The translations under genes and the position numbers were made by a program. From NCBI GenBank assembly GCA_043822705.1, contig JBDRBK010000154.1:1-44224 (forward strand): a stretch of DNA of 44,224 nucleotides, written 5' to 3'. The DNA comes from Fidelibacterota bacterium (GTDB lineage: Bacteria > Fidelibacterota > Marinisomatia > Marinisomatales > TCS56). The stretch's first letter is position 1, and each line of letters opens with the position of its first letter. A model generated the notes under the pieces. The model had not been told where the DNA came from. It was given only the letters and a program-made list of their open reading frames with translations, and did no database searches. Below are positions 1 to 10,097 of the stretch, piece after piece.

Positions 1-743
1 AAGAAACTTGCCTGATTTAGCGCCAATTGCTAGGCATCCCGATCGTTGTCGACGACAACCGCTATCGCGGAGGAGTTTATCTGAGTCAGAATTACGAACC
101 CGATAACATCCTTATGGACGATGCCTTCCAGCATCGCAACCTGGAACGGGACGTGGATGTGGTGTTGATGAATGCCCTGGACACGATTGCCGAGCACAAG
201 CTTTTCCCCTACGGACGTTTACGCGAACCGTGGTTTCACCTGCGACGCGCGGATATCATTTTCTGGACCAAGACCAATCTGGCGACGCCACCGGTCCTGT
301 TGAAAGGCCGGCTCAACCGCTTGGCCGTGCCGAATTTCACCAGCCGGATCATAATTAATCCCAAACTGACCGGCTTGAATTCCGATCTTTCCCTGGAGGA
401 TCTGAACCAAAAACCGGTTCTGGCCGTTTCCGCCGTCGGTGACCCGGCCGGTTTCGGCAAAACGCTGCGGCAGGCCGGTGTCAATGTGATCGAGCAAGTC
501 AGCTACACCGATCATTTCAATTACCGCGATGCTGATATAAATGATCTGCACCGGAAGCTGGAACAACTGCGGGCGGAGTATATAGTAACGACGGAGAAGG
601 ATTTACTGAAGTTTGCCGTTTTGAAGACGGCGCAGGATTTGCCGATTTATGCCATCGGCATTCAATTCAGTCCCAGCCCCGGTGGTGAACAGGCCCTGTT
701 GCGCCTGATCCTGAACGGGGCCACCTCCCGGAATGCAGTCTAA
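1..743 (+). CDS. lpxK: Tetraacyldisaccharide 4'-kinase (5'-truncated by window edge; in-frame TAG at 18-20)
   Basis: LpxK motifs ILMDDAFQHRNLERDVDVV, FPYGRLREP, DHFNY and IVTTEKD. The stop codon overlaps the convergent gene by 4 nt. Confidence 0.93.
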
Positions 744-3700
744 ATTTGAGCGACTCCCCAGGCGAACATCACGCCGACGAAAGTCACCAGCAGCGGCCAG
801 CCGGTGTTGACCAGTTGACGCTTGCTCGGATCAACGAACACATGAATCTGGAACTCGTGCGCCGTCGCCGCGCCGCGCTCATCCACGGCCATTATAATCA
901 CGTCGTTGGCGCCGCTCTGGTCGCTGCGGGGCTTCCAGACCAGTAAACCGGTTTTGGGATTGAAACGGGCATATTTCGGCAGTCGCAACGGCCGGAAGGA
1001 AATACGATCCTTGTTGAGGTCCTCGACGACCAGCTTGTAACGGTATTCGTACCCGACCAGGGCGACCGGTTTGGGCGTGGAAATAATACTCGGATTGATA
1101 TTGACGTCGACCGTATTGTCCTGCAGGTCTTCGCGGTAACCGTCTGACACCTTCACTGTAAATTTATTATTGTTGATCTGTGACGGTTTCGGTATCCAGA
1201 CCACGGCGCCGCGCCGGCTGATCTGCATGCCGGTTGGTCCTTTAACCAGGGAATAACGCAGATCGGCGTCGGCATTTTTGTCTTCGGCAATAATCTGGTA
1301 CTTGAACTGCTCGCCCACCAGCGCTGTCGTCAGCGGTTTGGACACGATTACCGGCGGGTGATTCACGTAAATCTGGAATTTCTGTTCATCGCGGCGATAC
1401 CCGTCGGAAACTAGCAGTTGGACTTCGTGCACGTCGATCTGCCCCTTGTCCGGCGTCCAAGTGATCGTTCCGGTCAACTCATCCACTTCCATGCCGTCCG
1501 GGAATTCCAGCAGCGAGTAGCGCACGGTAGGCAGCCGTTCCACCGCCACTTTCGGCGGCTTCCCCTCATTGCCCCGGAAGAATTCCCACAGGACATCCTT
1601 GATCGCCACGGTCTTCTGATTCACGTTCTGCAGGATCATAATCAACTGGTCGTCTTCATAAAAGATCGAGTGGACATATTTCTTTAGATTAAGGCGCGAA
1701 ACCGAGCCGTCGCTCCGCTGTTCGCCGTCGCTGGCATAAACCGCCTCGGCTTCGTTCCAGTCACCGATATACCGCTGAATATTAGTCAGATAATTCTCAT
1801 CGGCCAGTTTGATTCCGTAAATCCGCACATCCCGCAGATTCTCAATCACTGTTACGTGGTCGAACGGCAGCAGGCTGCCGTGGTTCAGGTCCGAGGTGTT
1901 AACCACATATTTATATTGCTTTCCTAATTCCGCCTGCATCGGCGGAAGAGATACGATGGCAATCGGGGCGTTGACAAAAAACTCGGCTTCCACCATCCGG
2001 GTCTGGCGCCCGTCGCTGACTGCTACCAGCAACTGGGAAAAATCGACGTTTTCCTCTTTCGGTTCCCACAGCAGCCGCCCGTTATAAGGATCCATACGCA
2101 TGCCTTTGGGCAGCACCAAGGCCGAATACTGGAGTCGGTCGCCGGCGTTGGGATCGGAAGCCTTGATCTGGAAGTCGTAGGTCTCACCCAGCCTGATCAT
2201 CTCGATCCTGGCGGGAGCCGCCTTGATAACCGGTGGGTGATTGACAAAAATCGCCACCCTTTGCGTATCGCTGGCGATACCGTGGCGGGCGATAATCGCA
2301 AAGCGCTGTGTGTCGATCTGAGTCGCCAGTGGCGTCCAGCGCAGGCGTCCCCCTTCGTCAATCGCCATCCCCGCCGGACCGTTCAACAGTTCGATGGTCA
2401 GCGGAACGGCGATGTCCGGTTTCCAAACTTCGATGTCGTAGCCGTACTGTTCGCCGACCTGGGCCAGGGTATCGGCGCGGGAAAGGATTGAAACGCCGGC
2501 TCGTGGATACAGGGTAAATTCCTGTACATCGCGGTCGAAGCCGTCGGACGCCACCAGGCGCACCCGGTATGCGGTCACGTGTGTCGAATCGGTCTGCCAA
2601 TCAATGAAACCATCCGGAGTGGTCGTCATACCCAGCGGTTTCTCTTCCAGTGAAAAATGTATCCGGGAATCGACATTCAGGTCGCGGGCGGCCGCCTGAT
2701 AGGTAAACCGGGCGTCGGCCAGGAATTCGGTTCCGGCCGGTTCCGAGACAATTACCGGCGGATCATTAACATACAGCCAGAGTCTTTCGTCATAACTTTC
2801 CAGTTCCGGCACGACCTGGTAAGTTGTCAGCGAGTCGGGTTGCCGTGCCGCCAGACTGACCTTCTCACCCACCTTCATTTCGACGCGGAAAGCCAGTTGA
2901 AAAGCACCTAATTGCGCGTCCGTCGGTACCCAGCGGATCGAGCGCCCTTCATAATGAAAGAACATTCCTCGGGGCGGTGTCTGCAGCCAGCGGAAACTGT
3001 AAAACCGGCGCATATCGTCTTCCGGAATTGTATAGGCAAAAGTCTGGTTAGCCGTCAGCACATGGCGCGGCAGAACGCCTTCCGGTAAAACACGTCCTTC
3101 GGGAGCGGGGGGCGGGGCCGGAACGGCGGCGACCCGGCTTTCCGGGACCGTTTTGATTTCCGGGAAAATATCGATCAGATCGACGGCCTCCGGATATTCA
3201 CCAAGCATGTCCACCGTATCCGCACCTGCGGCAACAGCTGGTGATCCGCGGCCCAGTTCGCTGATAAAAACCTCCGCTTCCCGGCCGTTCCAGGCCACGG
3301 CGACGAGCGAGCCTGAATACACGCCATCGCTGAGAATCGGCAGGACCTGAAAGACCTGGGCGCCATCCTCACCCTCCAGCGTGAAATACTCGATCTCATC
3401 GCGCAATCCCCCCGGCCGGCCGTACGCCAGCGAGAGCATATTCATTTCTCCCGAAACCAGCAGCAGATCGACCAGGTCATCCTGGTTGAAATCGGCTGTT
3501 TCCAAGTCGGTCAGTGGTCCCGCGTCCACGGCCAATTCTTTGACCGTCAGACCGCCGGCCGCCGGCGTCAGGGCGACAACATGGCCCGAACGGAACGGCA
3601 GCACGACATCGGTAATTCCATTGCCGTCCCAATCAATCCGGGCAATGGCCGTTTTCAACAATCCGTTCAGTCCCGGCAGAATGTGCCGGGATTCGGATCC

Positions 3701-4450
3701 CTGGGAGTAAACGCCGGCGCGATTGTAGAATGGCTGGATTTTGAGAATGTTGCCTTCCGGGCTAAAGGCAATCAAATCATCGCGGTCATCGCCGTCGAAG
3801 TCGCAGGCCACGGAATACAGAAATCCGGATCCGGAACTCAACGCGGCGGGCTTTAATTCATCGATGACGCTAATTATACCATCGCTGTCGGCATCGATCA
3901 CGGCCAGACTGCGGCGGGGACTGCTCAGGGTGACGACCAGCTCCTGGTCACCATCGCCATCGCGATCCAGAATCTGTAGATTATTGCCGCGCAGATAGCC
4001 ACGCGTATCAGATAGATCCAGAGTCTGGGCCGGGTAGGCGCTGAAACCGTCCACTTCCCATTCGAAAATATACAGAATCGGTCGCCGCAGACTACAGTTC
4101 CGATCAGTCGAAATATTCAGCAGCACGGCCAGCTCCGGTTCCCCGTCGCCCTCGATATCCAGCGGCGCCAGGCCGGCAAAACGGCTGTAGGAGTCGTCTT
4201 CCGATTCCAACTCCCACAACAGGTGCTGATAACCATCGGAGTCAAATTCGACATGGCGAATGAACACCGACTGGTTCGGCGCATCGACATTTTCCGAAAC
4301 CAGAAATACTTCCGTCAGGGCATTACCGTTGAAATCATAATTGCCGGACAGGTCGACGATCCGCAGACTGCCGGCCGGTTGGCCGGCGACCGATCGCAAC
4401 AGGCCGCAGACCAGCATCAGGCCGATCAGCCGGGTTGTAGCGCTGCTCAT
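740..4450 (-). CDS. Large surface protein: signal peptide, FG-GAP/VCBS beta-propeller, multiple putative-Ig (He_PIG/cadherin-like) repeats, C-terminal hydrophobic anchor
   Basis: Ca-binding loops (DIEGDGEPEL, DRDGDGDQEL, DFDGDDRDDL, DWDGNGITDV, DFNQDDLVDL). Repeated VNxPP...Y.Y...A.D...L...P.GM.....G.L.W.P units. C-terminus WPLLVTFVGVMFAWGVAQI. ATG at 4450 preferred over TTG at 4501 because it begins the signal peptide. Confidence 0.8.
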   Translation of the reverse strand: MSSATTRLIGLMLVCGLLRSVAGQPAGSLRIVDLSGNYDFNGNALTEVFLVSENVDAPNQSVFIRHVEFDSDGYQHLLWELESEDDSYSRFAGLAPLDIEGDGEPELAVLLNISTDRNCSLRRPILYIFEWEVDGFSAYPAQTLDLSDTRGYLRGNNLQILDRDGDGDQELVVTLSSPRRSLAVIDADSDGIISVIDELKPAALSSGSGFLYSVACDFDGDDRDDLIAFSPEGNILKIQPFYNRAGVYSQGSESRHILPGLNGLLKTAIARIDWDGNGITDVVLPFRSGHVVALTPAAGGLTVKELAVDAGPLTDLETADFNQDDLVDLLLVSGEMNMLSLAYGRPGGLRDEIEYFTLEGEDGAQVFQVLPILSDGVYSGSLVAVAWNGREAEVFISELGRGSPAVAAGADTVDMLGEYPEAVDLIDIFPEIKTVPESRVAAVPAPPPAPEGRVLPEGVLPRHVLTANQTFAYTIPEDDMRRFYSFRWLQTPPRGMFFHYEGRSIRWVPTDAQLGAFQLAFRVEMKVGEKVSLAARQPDSLTTYQVVPELESYDERLWLYVNDPPVIVSEPAGTEFLADARFTYQAAARDLNVDSRIHFSLEEKPLGMTTTPDGFIDWQTDSTHVTAYRVRLVASDGFDRDVQEFTLYPRAGVSILSRADTLAQVGEQYGYDIEVWKPDIAVPLTIELLNGPAGMAIDEGGRLRWTPLATQIDTQRFAIIARHGIASDTQRVAIFVNHPPVIKAAPARIEMIRLGETYDFQIKASDPNAGDRLQYSALVLPKGMRMDPYNGRLLWEPKEENVDFSQLLVAVSDGRQTRMVEAEFFVNAPIAIVSLPPMQAELGKQYKYVVNTSDLNHGSLLPFDHVTVIENLRDVRIYGIKLADENYLTNIQRYIGDWNEAEAVYASDGEQRSDGSVSRLNLKKYVHSIFYEDDQLIMILQNVNQKTVAIKDVLWEFFRGNEGKPPKVAVERLPTVRYSLLEFPDGMEVDELTGTITWTPDKGQIDVHEVQLLVSDGYRRDEQKFQIYVNHPPVIVSKPLTTALVGEQFKYQIIAEDKNADADLRYSLVKGPTGMQISRRGAVVWIPKPSQINNNKFTVKVSDGYREDLQDNTVDVNINPSIISTPKPVALVGYEYRYKLVVEDLNKDRISFRPLRLPKYARFNPKTGLLVWKPRSDQSGANDVIIMAVDERGAATAHEFQIHVFVDPSKRQLVNTGWPLLVTFVGVMFAWGVAQI

Positions 4451-4501
4451 ATTCAGTGGCGTTTTGATTTCAATCCCAAATTGGTTAAAACAGGATTTCA
4501 A

Positions 4502-7378
4502 TTATTCCTGATCAGATATTTCTTCCGCGAGCGGTTCAGCTTGTTCCGGAACATTCCGGCTCCAGCCGGCGCCGAATATTTCTCCCGTATTGCCGAAGCC
4601 GCTGGCGTCCGGGACTAAAAATCCGTTTCCGCTGTCAAAATGCCAGAGCCCCAGGGTGGTATCATCGGACCGATACCTGAATTCCGGCTCGAATTCTTCA
4701 GCATAGCGCCCCTGCGCGGACAGGCGCACTTCATCCACCAGCCCGGAGAACAATTCCCAGCCACCGATAAACAGCGGCGCCGTGCTGCGGTAAATCGCCC
4801 CGGGGATAGTATTGCTGGCGACCAGTCGTCCGTCCACATACAGGCGCATTCCGACCGAATCCTGGACACCGGCAATATGAACCCAGCGGTCGCGGGGCAA
4901 CGGCCCTGGTGCAATCAGGGTTACGCCGGAAATCGAATCACGGGCTGTCCGGAATTCCAGTTGACCGCTACTATTAAGCGCCAGCCGAAAAGTGTTATCC
5001 TTGGAAATGATCCCCTCCGGTTGAGCCCGACCGGTCAGGTAGACCAGGCCTTCGACCGTCAATTCGCCGGCGGAAAAATCGAAAACCGGATTATCATAAA
5101 TTTTTACATAACCTCCGGGAGTAAACTCCAGGGAATAGTTACTGTCCGCCTGGACTACAGTCACCGGCTGCCGTTTCGTGGTGCGCGGCAACGGCGGAAC
5201 AAACAGCAGATCACTGGCGCTGATGCTGGGCCGGAGCGATTCCCTGGCAATAGCCGGACGTTCCCGTAATTGCGTTGAAATCCGGACCGGGTTGAACTGA
5301 CCGGTGAAATCGAATTCGGTGACAATTTTCTTGCCGCCACTGGGTTGAACCCTGATATCGCCGCGGATCGCCTTCAGTTCGCCACGGTTGAAATATAACG
5401 TCAACAGATGGGCAGGCATGGTCGGACTGGTTATGCCGACAAACGAAAGCTGGGCGGTCTGAGAAAGCGTGTCCTCGCTGATGGTAAACTGTAATTTATC
5501 GCCGAGCAGGTCGATCCCGGTGGCCGCCGGAAAGCCGGAAAAGAAATATTCCGGAAACAAGTACAGTTCGTTGAACAGATCTTCAGGGTTCAGTGACTGT
5601 TGAATGGTCTCGATCGCCGGCGCGAACGAAAGTGCGATCAGGTTGGTTTCCAGGTCGTGAATAACACTGAACGTAGTCACTGGTCCGGCGGCGACGGCGG
5701 TGGACCGATAGGCAAAACCGAGCTGGCGATCGGAAGTCGAACGGCTCAAATCGGCGGTTATACTGTGGATCAAACTGCGGTTAAAGGAATCGTCGGCGAT
5801 CTCGGCCGTGGTCAAACCGAAGGGCGGCACACCTTCGAAAATAAACCGGCTGTCACCCTGTTTTTCCGGCAGCAGGGCCGCAACGCTGTATAATTCCAGC
5901 TCGCCGACCAGCCGCGCGCCCGGCTTGGTTTCCATGACCGGCAGGGCGGGCGCTTTCACCAGGACGGCATATTCGCGGATTTTTTCCGCCAGCACCGGTA
6001 CAATCTGGTGCCGGGCACCGCCGGCCTCTTCGACCATCAGTACTTTTTCACCGATCCGCTGTTCGATCTTGTAAGCCAGCAGATGCGGGCCGGCCTGGAA
6101 GGCCTGGGGTGTCCAGTTAAGGAGTCCGCTGACCGGATCGAAATCGATCCCGGCGGGAGGATTTTTCAGCCACTGAAAACTAAAAAATTCGGCTGCCGTA
6201 TCATCCAGCACGGATACCTGATAAATTTCTCCGACGTCGATCGTGTCGCTGGGAATCAGGTCAATTCCGGGGGCGATCTCCGCCGCCGCTTCTAATTCCT
6301 GTTTGGATACGGAGGCTATTTTTACCGGTTCTGTTTTAAGGGTGGTGTACAGCCCGGCTTCAACCCGGGCGATTACCATATCGTTGATTCGTCGCGAGTC
6401 GGCCGGATCGGGGATGTTGAATAAATCACCGCCATTCAGATCGGATAATTCCAGCACCAGTTTGTCTTCCCGCAGCGCCAGCAGAAAAACTTCGCCGCTC
6501 CGGAACGGCAACAGCAGTTCCTCGTTGCCATCGGCGTCGAAATCGGTGGTCATGATCTCGGCCGCCTGCAGAAAACGGGCGCCGTCGATCGCCAGAATAT
6601 CGGCCACCAGTTCCACCGGTTTGGGATCGAACCGATAGACGGCGGTCTTCAGTACGTTGCCCTCGGGACTGAAGACCGCCAGCAACTGCCGGCCGTGGTC
6701 GTTGAAGGCCATGGAATAAACGCGGCCGAAACCGTTACGAAATATCCCCGGCTGCAGGTCGTGTTTGACGCTGAATTCCAGGGTTTTGGTGTCAGCGGCG
6801 GGCGACAGAATCAGAATCTCACGCAATGGCGCGCCTAGTGAAACGGCCAGGTCGGCCCCGGTTTTGGCTTCCCGTTTGAGGAAACATAAATTACCCGGCC
6901 GTGGCAGTTGTCGGGCCAATTGTGTATCCGTTATTGTAAACTCCGCCGGAATGAAAGTCTGGCCGGTCCATTTAAAAATGTATAACCAGGACTGACCGGC
7001 GGCACTACTGCCGGATGCGGCCTGCAACACGCCGACCAGCTCCGGAAAACCGGTTCCGTCCAGGTCCGTCATTTTCACATCGGTAAACAACCCCCGGTTT
7101 TCCACCGGTGGGGAAAAACTCCATAACAACTGATGTTGCTGGGATTTGTCAATTTCAACGTATTCCAGCCTGGTACCACCGTCCGGCTGTTGGACAACCA
7201 GCAATAATTCGCTCAGGCCGTCCTGATCCAAATCATAGGTACCGTTAATATGCAAAACCGTCTTTGGACCGGCCCAAAGCATAGCGCTAAGGCCGATCGA
7301 CAGCACCGCCCGGCGCAGGATTTGGGACTGACGGGCTGGCTTTTCCCGTTGTGACTTAAAAATGTGGGTTTTACGCAT
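4502..7378 (-). CDS. Secreted FG-GAP + Ig-like + C-terminal LamG (concanavalin-like) domain protein; paralog of the downstream gene
   Basis: DLDQDGLSEL, DLDGTGFPEL and DFDADGNEEL loops. LamG motifs DRWVHIAGV, MRLYVDG, FSGLVDEVRLS and TLGLWHFD. Confidence 0.8.
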   Translation of the reverse strand: MRKTHIFKSQREKPARQSQILRRAVLSIGLSAMLWAGPKTVLHINGTYDLDQDGLSELLLVVQQPDGGTRLEYVEIDKSQQHQLLWSFSPPVENRGLFTDVKMTDLDGTGFPELVGVLQAASGSSAAGQSWLYIFKWTGQTFIPAEFTITDTQLARQLPRPGNLCFLKREAKTGADLAVSLGAPLREILILSPAADTKTLEFSVKHDLQPGIFRNGFGRVYSMAFNDHGRQLLAVFSPEGNVLKTAVYRFDPKPVELVADILAIDGARFLQAAEIMTTDFDADGNEELLLPFRSGEVFLLALREDKLVLELSDLNGGDLFNIPDPADSRRINDMVIARVEAGLYTTLKTEPVKIASVSKQELEAAAEIAPGIDLIPSDTIDVGEIYQVSVLDDTAAEFFSFQWLKNPPAGIDFDPVSGLLNWTPQAFQAGPHLLAYKIEQRIGEKVLMVEEAGGARHQIVPVLAEKIREYAVLVKAPALPVMETKPGARLVGELELYSVAALLPEKQGDSRFIFEGVPPFGLTTAEIADDSFNRSLIHSITADLSRSTSDRQLGFAYRSTAVAAGPVTTFSVIHDLETNLIALSFAPAIETIQQSLNPEDLFNELYLFPEYFFSGFPAATGIDLLGDKLQFTISEDTLSQTAQLSFVGITSPTMPAHLLTLYFNRGELKAIRGDIRVQPSGGKKIVTEFDFTGQFNPVRISTQLRERPAIARESLRPSISASDLLFVPPLPRTTKRQPVTVVQADSNYSLEFTPGGYVKIYDNPVFDFSAGELTVEGLVYLTGRAQPEGIISKDNTFRLALNSSGQLEFRTARDSISGVTLIAPGPLPRDRWVHIAGVQDSVGMRLYVDGRLVASNTIPGAIYRSTAPLFIGGWELFSGLVDEVRLSAQGRYAEEFEPEFRYRSDDTTLGLWHFDSGNGFLVPDASGFGNTGEIFGAGWSRNVPEQAEPLAEEISDQE

Positions 7379-7603
7379 AATAATGTCGATTGGTTACGAA
7401 AATGTTAGTTGTATCAATCTCCCTTACCTTCGAAGACAAACAAATATAGGGTGGCACCCCTGAATAAAACAAGGAAAAGACCCTGCTTTATAGAAATGCA
7501 ATCCGGCCTAATTTCCAGTCGAATAATTTTTCCCGTTTCAATTTCGGTCAAGTTACAATAAATTGGTCTGTTTGTTACGATCAATCATTAACGGGTGGGT
7601 TGC

Positions 7604-8338
7604 ATGAAAACTACCATTGCAGTCATATTAGTATCTGTCACGCTTTTGTTCGGGCAGGATAATGTCTATCCCCTGGAAGATTATTACGGCGGTGGGATCG
7701 GCTACAGTCCGATATTCCTGCTGCTCGATTATAATGCCATCGGGGCGTTGGCGGGGTTGTCCGGCCTGGGCCTGGATAAAGCCGATTTTTCCACGCCCTA
7801 TATTATTCACGGCGGCGAAGGATTCACACACATGTCCGGGCACTGGCGGCTGGGTGGCTATGCCGGTTCGGGCGTGTCGCGCATCAGCTCCATCGACACC
7901 ACCGGTGGCGTCAACAAATCAGTGGAAGCCGGCCTGGCTCTGATGCTGGGCGCTGCCACAGTGGAATACGCGATTCCCCTGTTCCGCGATCTGGAAATAG
8001 CGATCGGCGTGCTGGCCGGTGTCGGGCGCGCCAACCTGGTGATCAATCAGACCCCCGGTTCACCAGATTGGAACGAACAATTCAGTGTTGTCTATGGTAC
8101 TGCCATTACCGTAGCTCATGCCACCGATCTGTCCGGTACCTTCTTCAATCTGCAGCCTTACCTGACGCTGAAATGGCAGCTTTTGGATCGCGTCGGTTTG
8201 CGCCTCAGTGCCGGTTACAACCGTGGCGCGATCGGCGCCGGACGCTGGATTCTGAACGGCCGCGAACCGGTCAGCAATTCGCCCGAATCCATATTCTCCG
8301 GGATTGCCTTCCGCACGATGCTGTATTTCGGAATTTGA
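7604..8338 (+). CDS. Putative outer-membrane beta-barrel protein
   Basis: Signal peptide MKTTIAVILVSVTLLFG, Gly/aromatic alternating strands, C-terminal ...MLYFGI. Confidence 0.6.
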   Translation: MKTTIAVILVSVTLLFGQDNVYPLEDYYGGGIGYSPIFLLLDYNAIGALAGLSGLGLDKADFSTPYIIHGGEGFTHMSGHWRLGGYAGSGVSRISSIDTTGGVNKSVEAGLALMLGAATVEYAIPLFRDLEIAIGVLAGVGRANLVINQTPGSPDWNEQFSVVYGTAITVAHATDLSGTFFNLQPYLTLKWQLLDRVGLRLSAGYNRGAIGAGRWILNGREPVSNSPESIFSGIAFRTMLYFGI

Positions 8339-8385
8339 TGACAATTAATTGAACAACTTGCCCACAGCGGCTGTATAAGAATATT

Positions 8386-10008
8386 ATGAAAATGAAATCC
8401 ACGTTACTATCGCGAACGCTGATCCTGTTGCTGGTCCTGACTTTTTTCGTCGGACTGCTGCCGGTCGGCCATTTTGTTTATTCCAAGGACCAATCGGTAT
8501 ACCAGACCATGCGGACCAACATGGCGGTGCTCAATCAGATCATCCGCATCGTAAATGAACTGTATTTCGAGCCGGTGGATTGGGATGACCTGTGGGGCGG
8601 CATTTTCCAGGGCCTGATGGACAAGCTGGATCCTCACTCGGTCTACATCCCACCCAAAGAGCAGGAAGAGCTGTCCGAGTTGTTCCACGGTAAATTTCAG
8701 GGAATCGGTATCGAGTTCGATATTCTGCACGGTTATATCACCGTAATCGCACCGGTCGCCGGCAGTCCCTCGGAAAACGTCGGCCTGCAACCGGGCGACC
8801 AGATCGTGGCGATCGATGGCGCGGATGCCTTCCAGATTACCAGGGAAGAAGTATTCCGCAAATTGCGCGGTCCCAAAGGCAGCCGGGTCGATATTTCAGT
8901 CCGGCGGATAGGAATCGAAGAACCATTCGAGGTCACGATCATTCGCGACGATATTCCGATCTACAGTATCCTGGCCGCCTCCATGCTGGATAAAAAAACC
9001 GGTTATATTCTGCTGGCCCGTTTCTCGGCCACTACGATCGACGAACTGCGCCAGTCGATCGACAAGCTGGAGCGACAGGGTATGCAGCGGCTGATCCTGG
9101 ATTTGCGCAATAACGGCGGTGGCTATCTCGAGCAGGCGGCCGAGGTCGCCAACATGTTCATAACCAGTGCCGACACACTGGTGTATACCGCCGGGAAACG
9201 CCGGGATTTTTCACAGGTTTTCCTTAGTGATCCGGCCAAAGGCCGTGATGATTTCCCTTTGATCGTGCTGATCAACCGCGGCTCGGCCAGCGCCAGCGAA
9301 ATCGTCGCCGGCGCGGTTCAGGATCTTGACCGCGGCCTGGTGGTGGGCGAAACCAGTTTTGGCAAAGGGCTGGTGCAACGCGAACTTACCCTGGATAACG
9401 GGGCAGCCGTGCGGGTCACTATCGCCCGCTATTACACCCCCAGCGGCCGCCTGATTCAGCGCCCCTATGAAAATGGCAACGTCCACGATTATTACAGCGA
9501 TTTCTGGGAAGCCGACCGTGAAGCGAAAATCGATTCGCTTCAGGAATTGCGACCCAAATATCTGACCCGCGCCGATCGCACCGTTTACGGCGGCGGCGGA
9601 ATCACACCCGATGTCCATATACCCTGGGTCTTCGATCTGGCGGCGGAAAACAGGGCGATAATCACCAGTCCCAAACGACCTTTTTTCAACTGGGGGGCGA
9701 ATTATTACAACGAGCGTAAACCGGAGCTGGGCGATTACTGGTCGTTCCTGAATAACTGGACCATCAGTGACGCCGATTACGCCGATTTTCTCGGCTATCT
9801 CAAGCAGGAAGAAATCGCCTTTGATTCGGCGGCGGTCGAAAATGATAAGGTCTATTTCAAGAATCTGCTGAAGGCGGAAATCGCCGGTGCTCACTGGGGC
9901 CGGGATGAGGAATTCGGCGTCCGGCGCCTGCTTGACAACCAAGTAGTCGAAGCATTGAATCATTTCGATCAGGCGGGCTCGTTTCTGACCGCTTCCAAGC
10001 GAAATTAA
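8386..10008 (+). CDS. ctpA: Carboxyl-terminal processing protease (peptidase S41A, PDZ)
   Basis: LDPHSVY, GIGIE (PDZ), ILDLRNNGGG, SASASEIVAGA (catalytic Ser), SFGKGLVQ (catalytic Lys), ARYYTPSGR. Confidence 0.93.
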   Translation: MKMKSTLLSRTLILLLVLTFFVGLLPVGHFVYSKDQSVYQTMRTNMAVLNQIIRIVNELYFEPVDWDDLWGGIFQGLMDKLDPHSVYIPPKEQEELSELFHGKFQGIGIEFDILHGYITVIAPVAGSPSENVGLQPGDQIVAIDGADAFQITREEVFRKLRGPKGSRVDISVRRIGIEEPFEVTIIRDDIPIYSILAASMLDKKTGYILLARFSATTIDELRQSIDKLERQGMQRLILDLRNNGGGYLEQAAEVANMFITSADTLVYTAGKRRDFSQVFLSDPAKGRDDFPLIVLINRGSASASEIVAGAVQDLDRGLVVGETSFGKGLVQRELTLDNGAAVRVTIARYYTPSGRLIQRPYENGNVHDYYSDFWEADREAKIDSLQELRPKYLTRADRTVYGGGGITPDVHIPWVFDLAAENRAIITSPKRPFFNWGANYYNERKPELGDYWSFLNNWTISDADYADFLGYLKQEEIAFDSAAVENDKVYFKNLLKAEIAGAHWGRDEEFGVRRLLDNQVVEALNHFDQAGSFLTASKRN

Positions 10009-10033
10009 TCGCGCGCGCAGTCGACAAGGTTTG

Positions 10034-10063
10034 TTGACAAGTCTTTTCTTTTCGTCATAACTT
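10034..10063 (+). promoter_or_regulatory. Putative sigma70 promoter of the exbB operon
   Basis: TTGACA-N18-TAACTT, with a GGAGG RBS just upstream of the ATG at 10098. Confidence 0.5.
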
Positions 10064-10097
10064 CCATTCTTGGAATTGTAACCTTACGGAGGATTAA

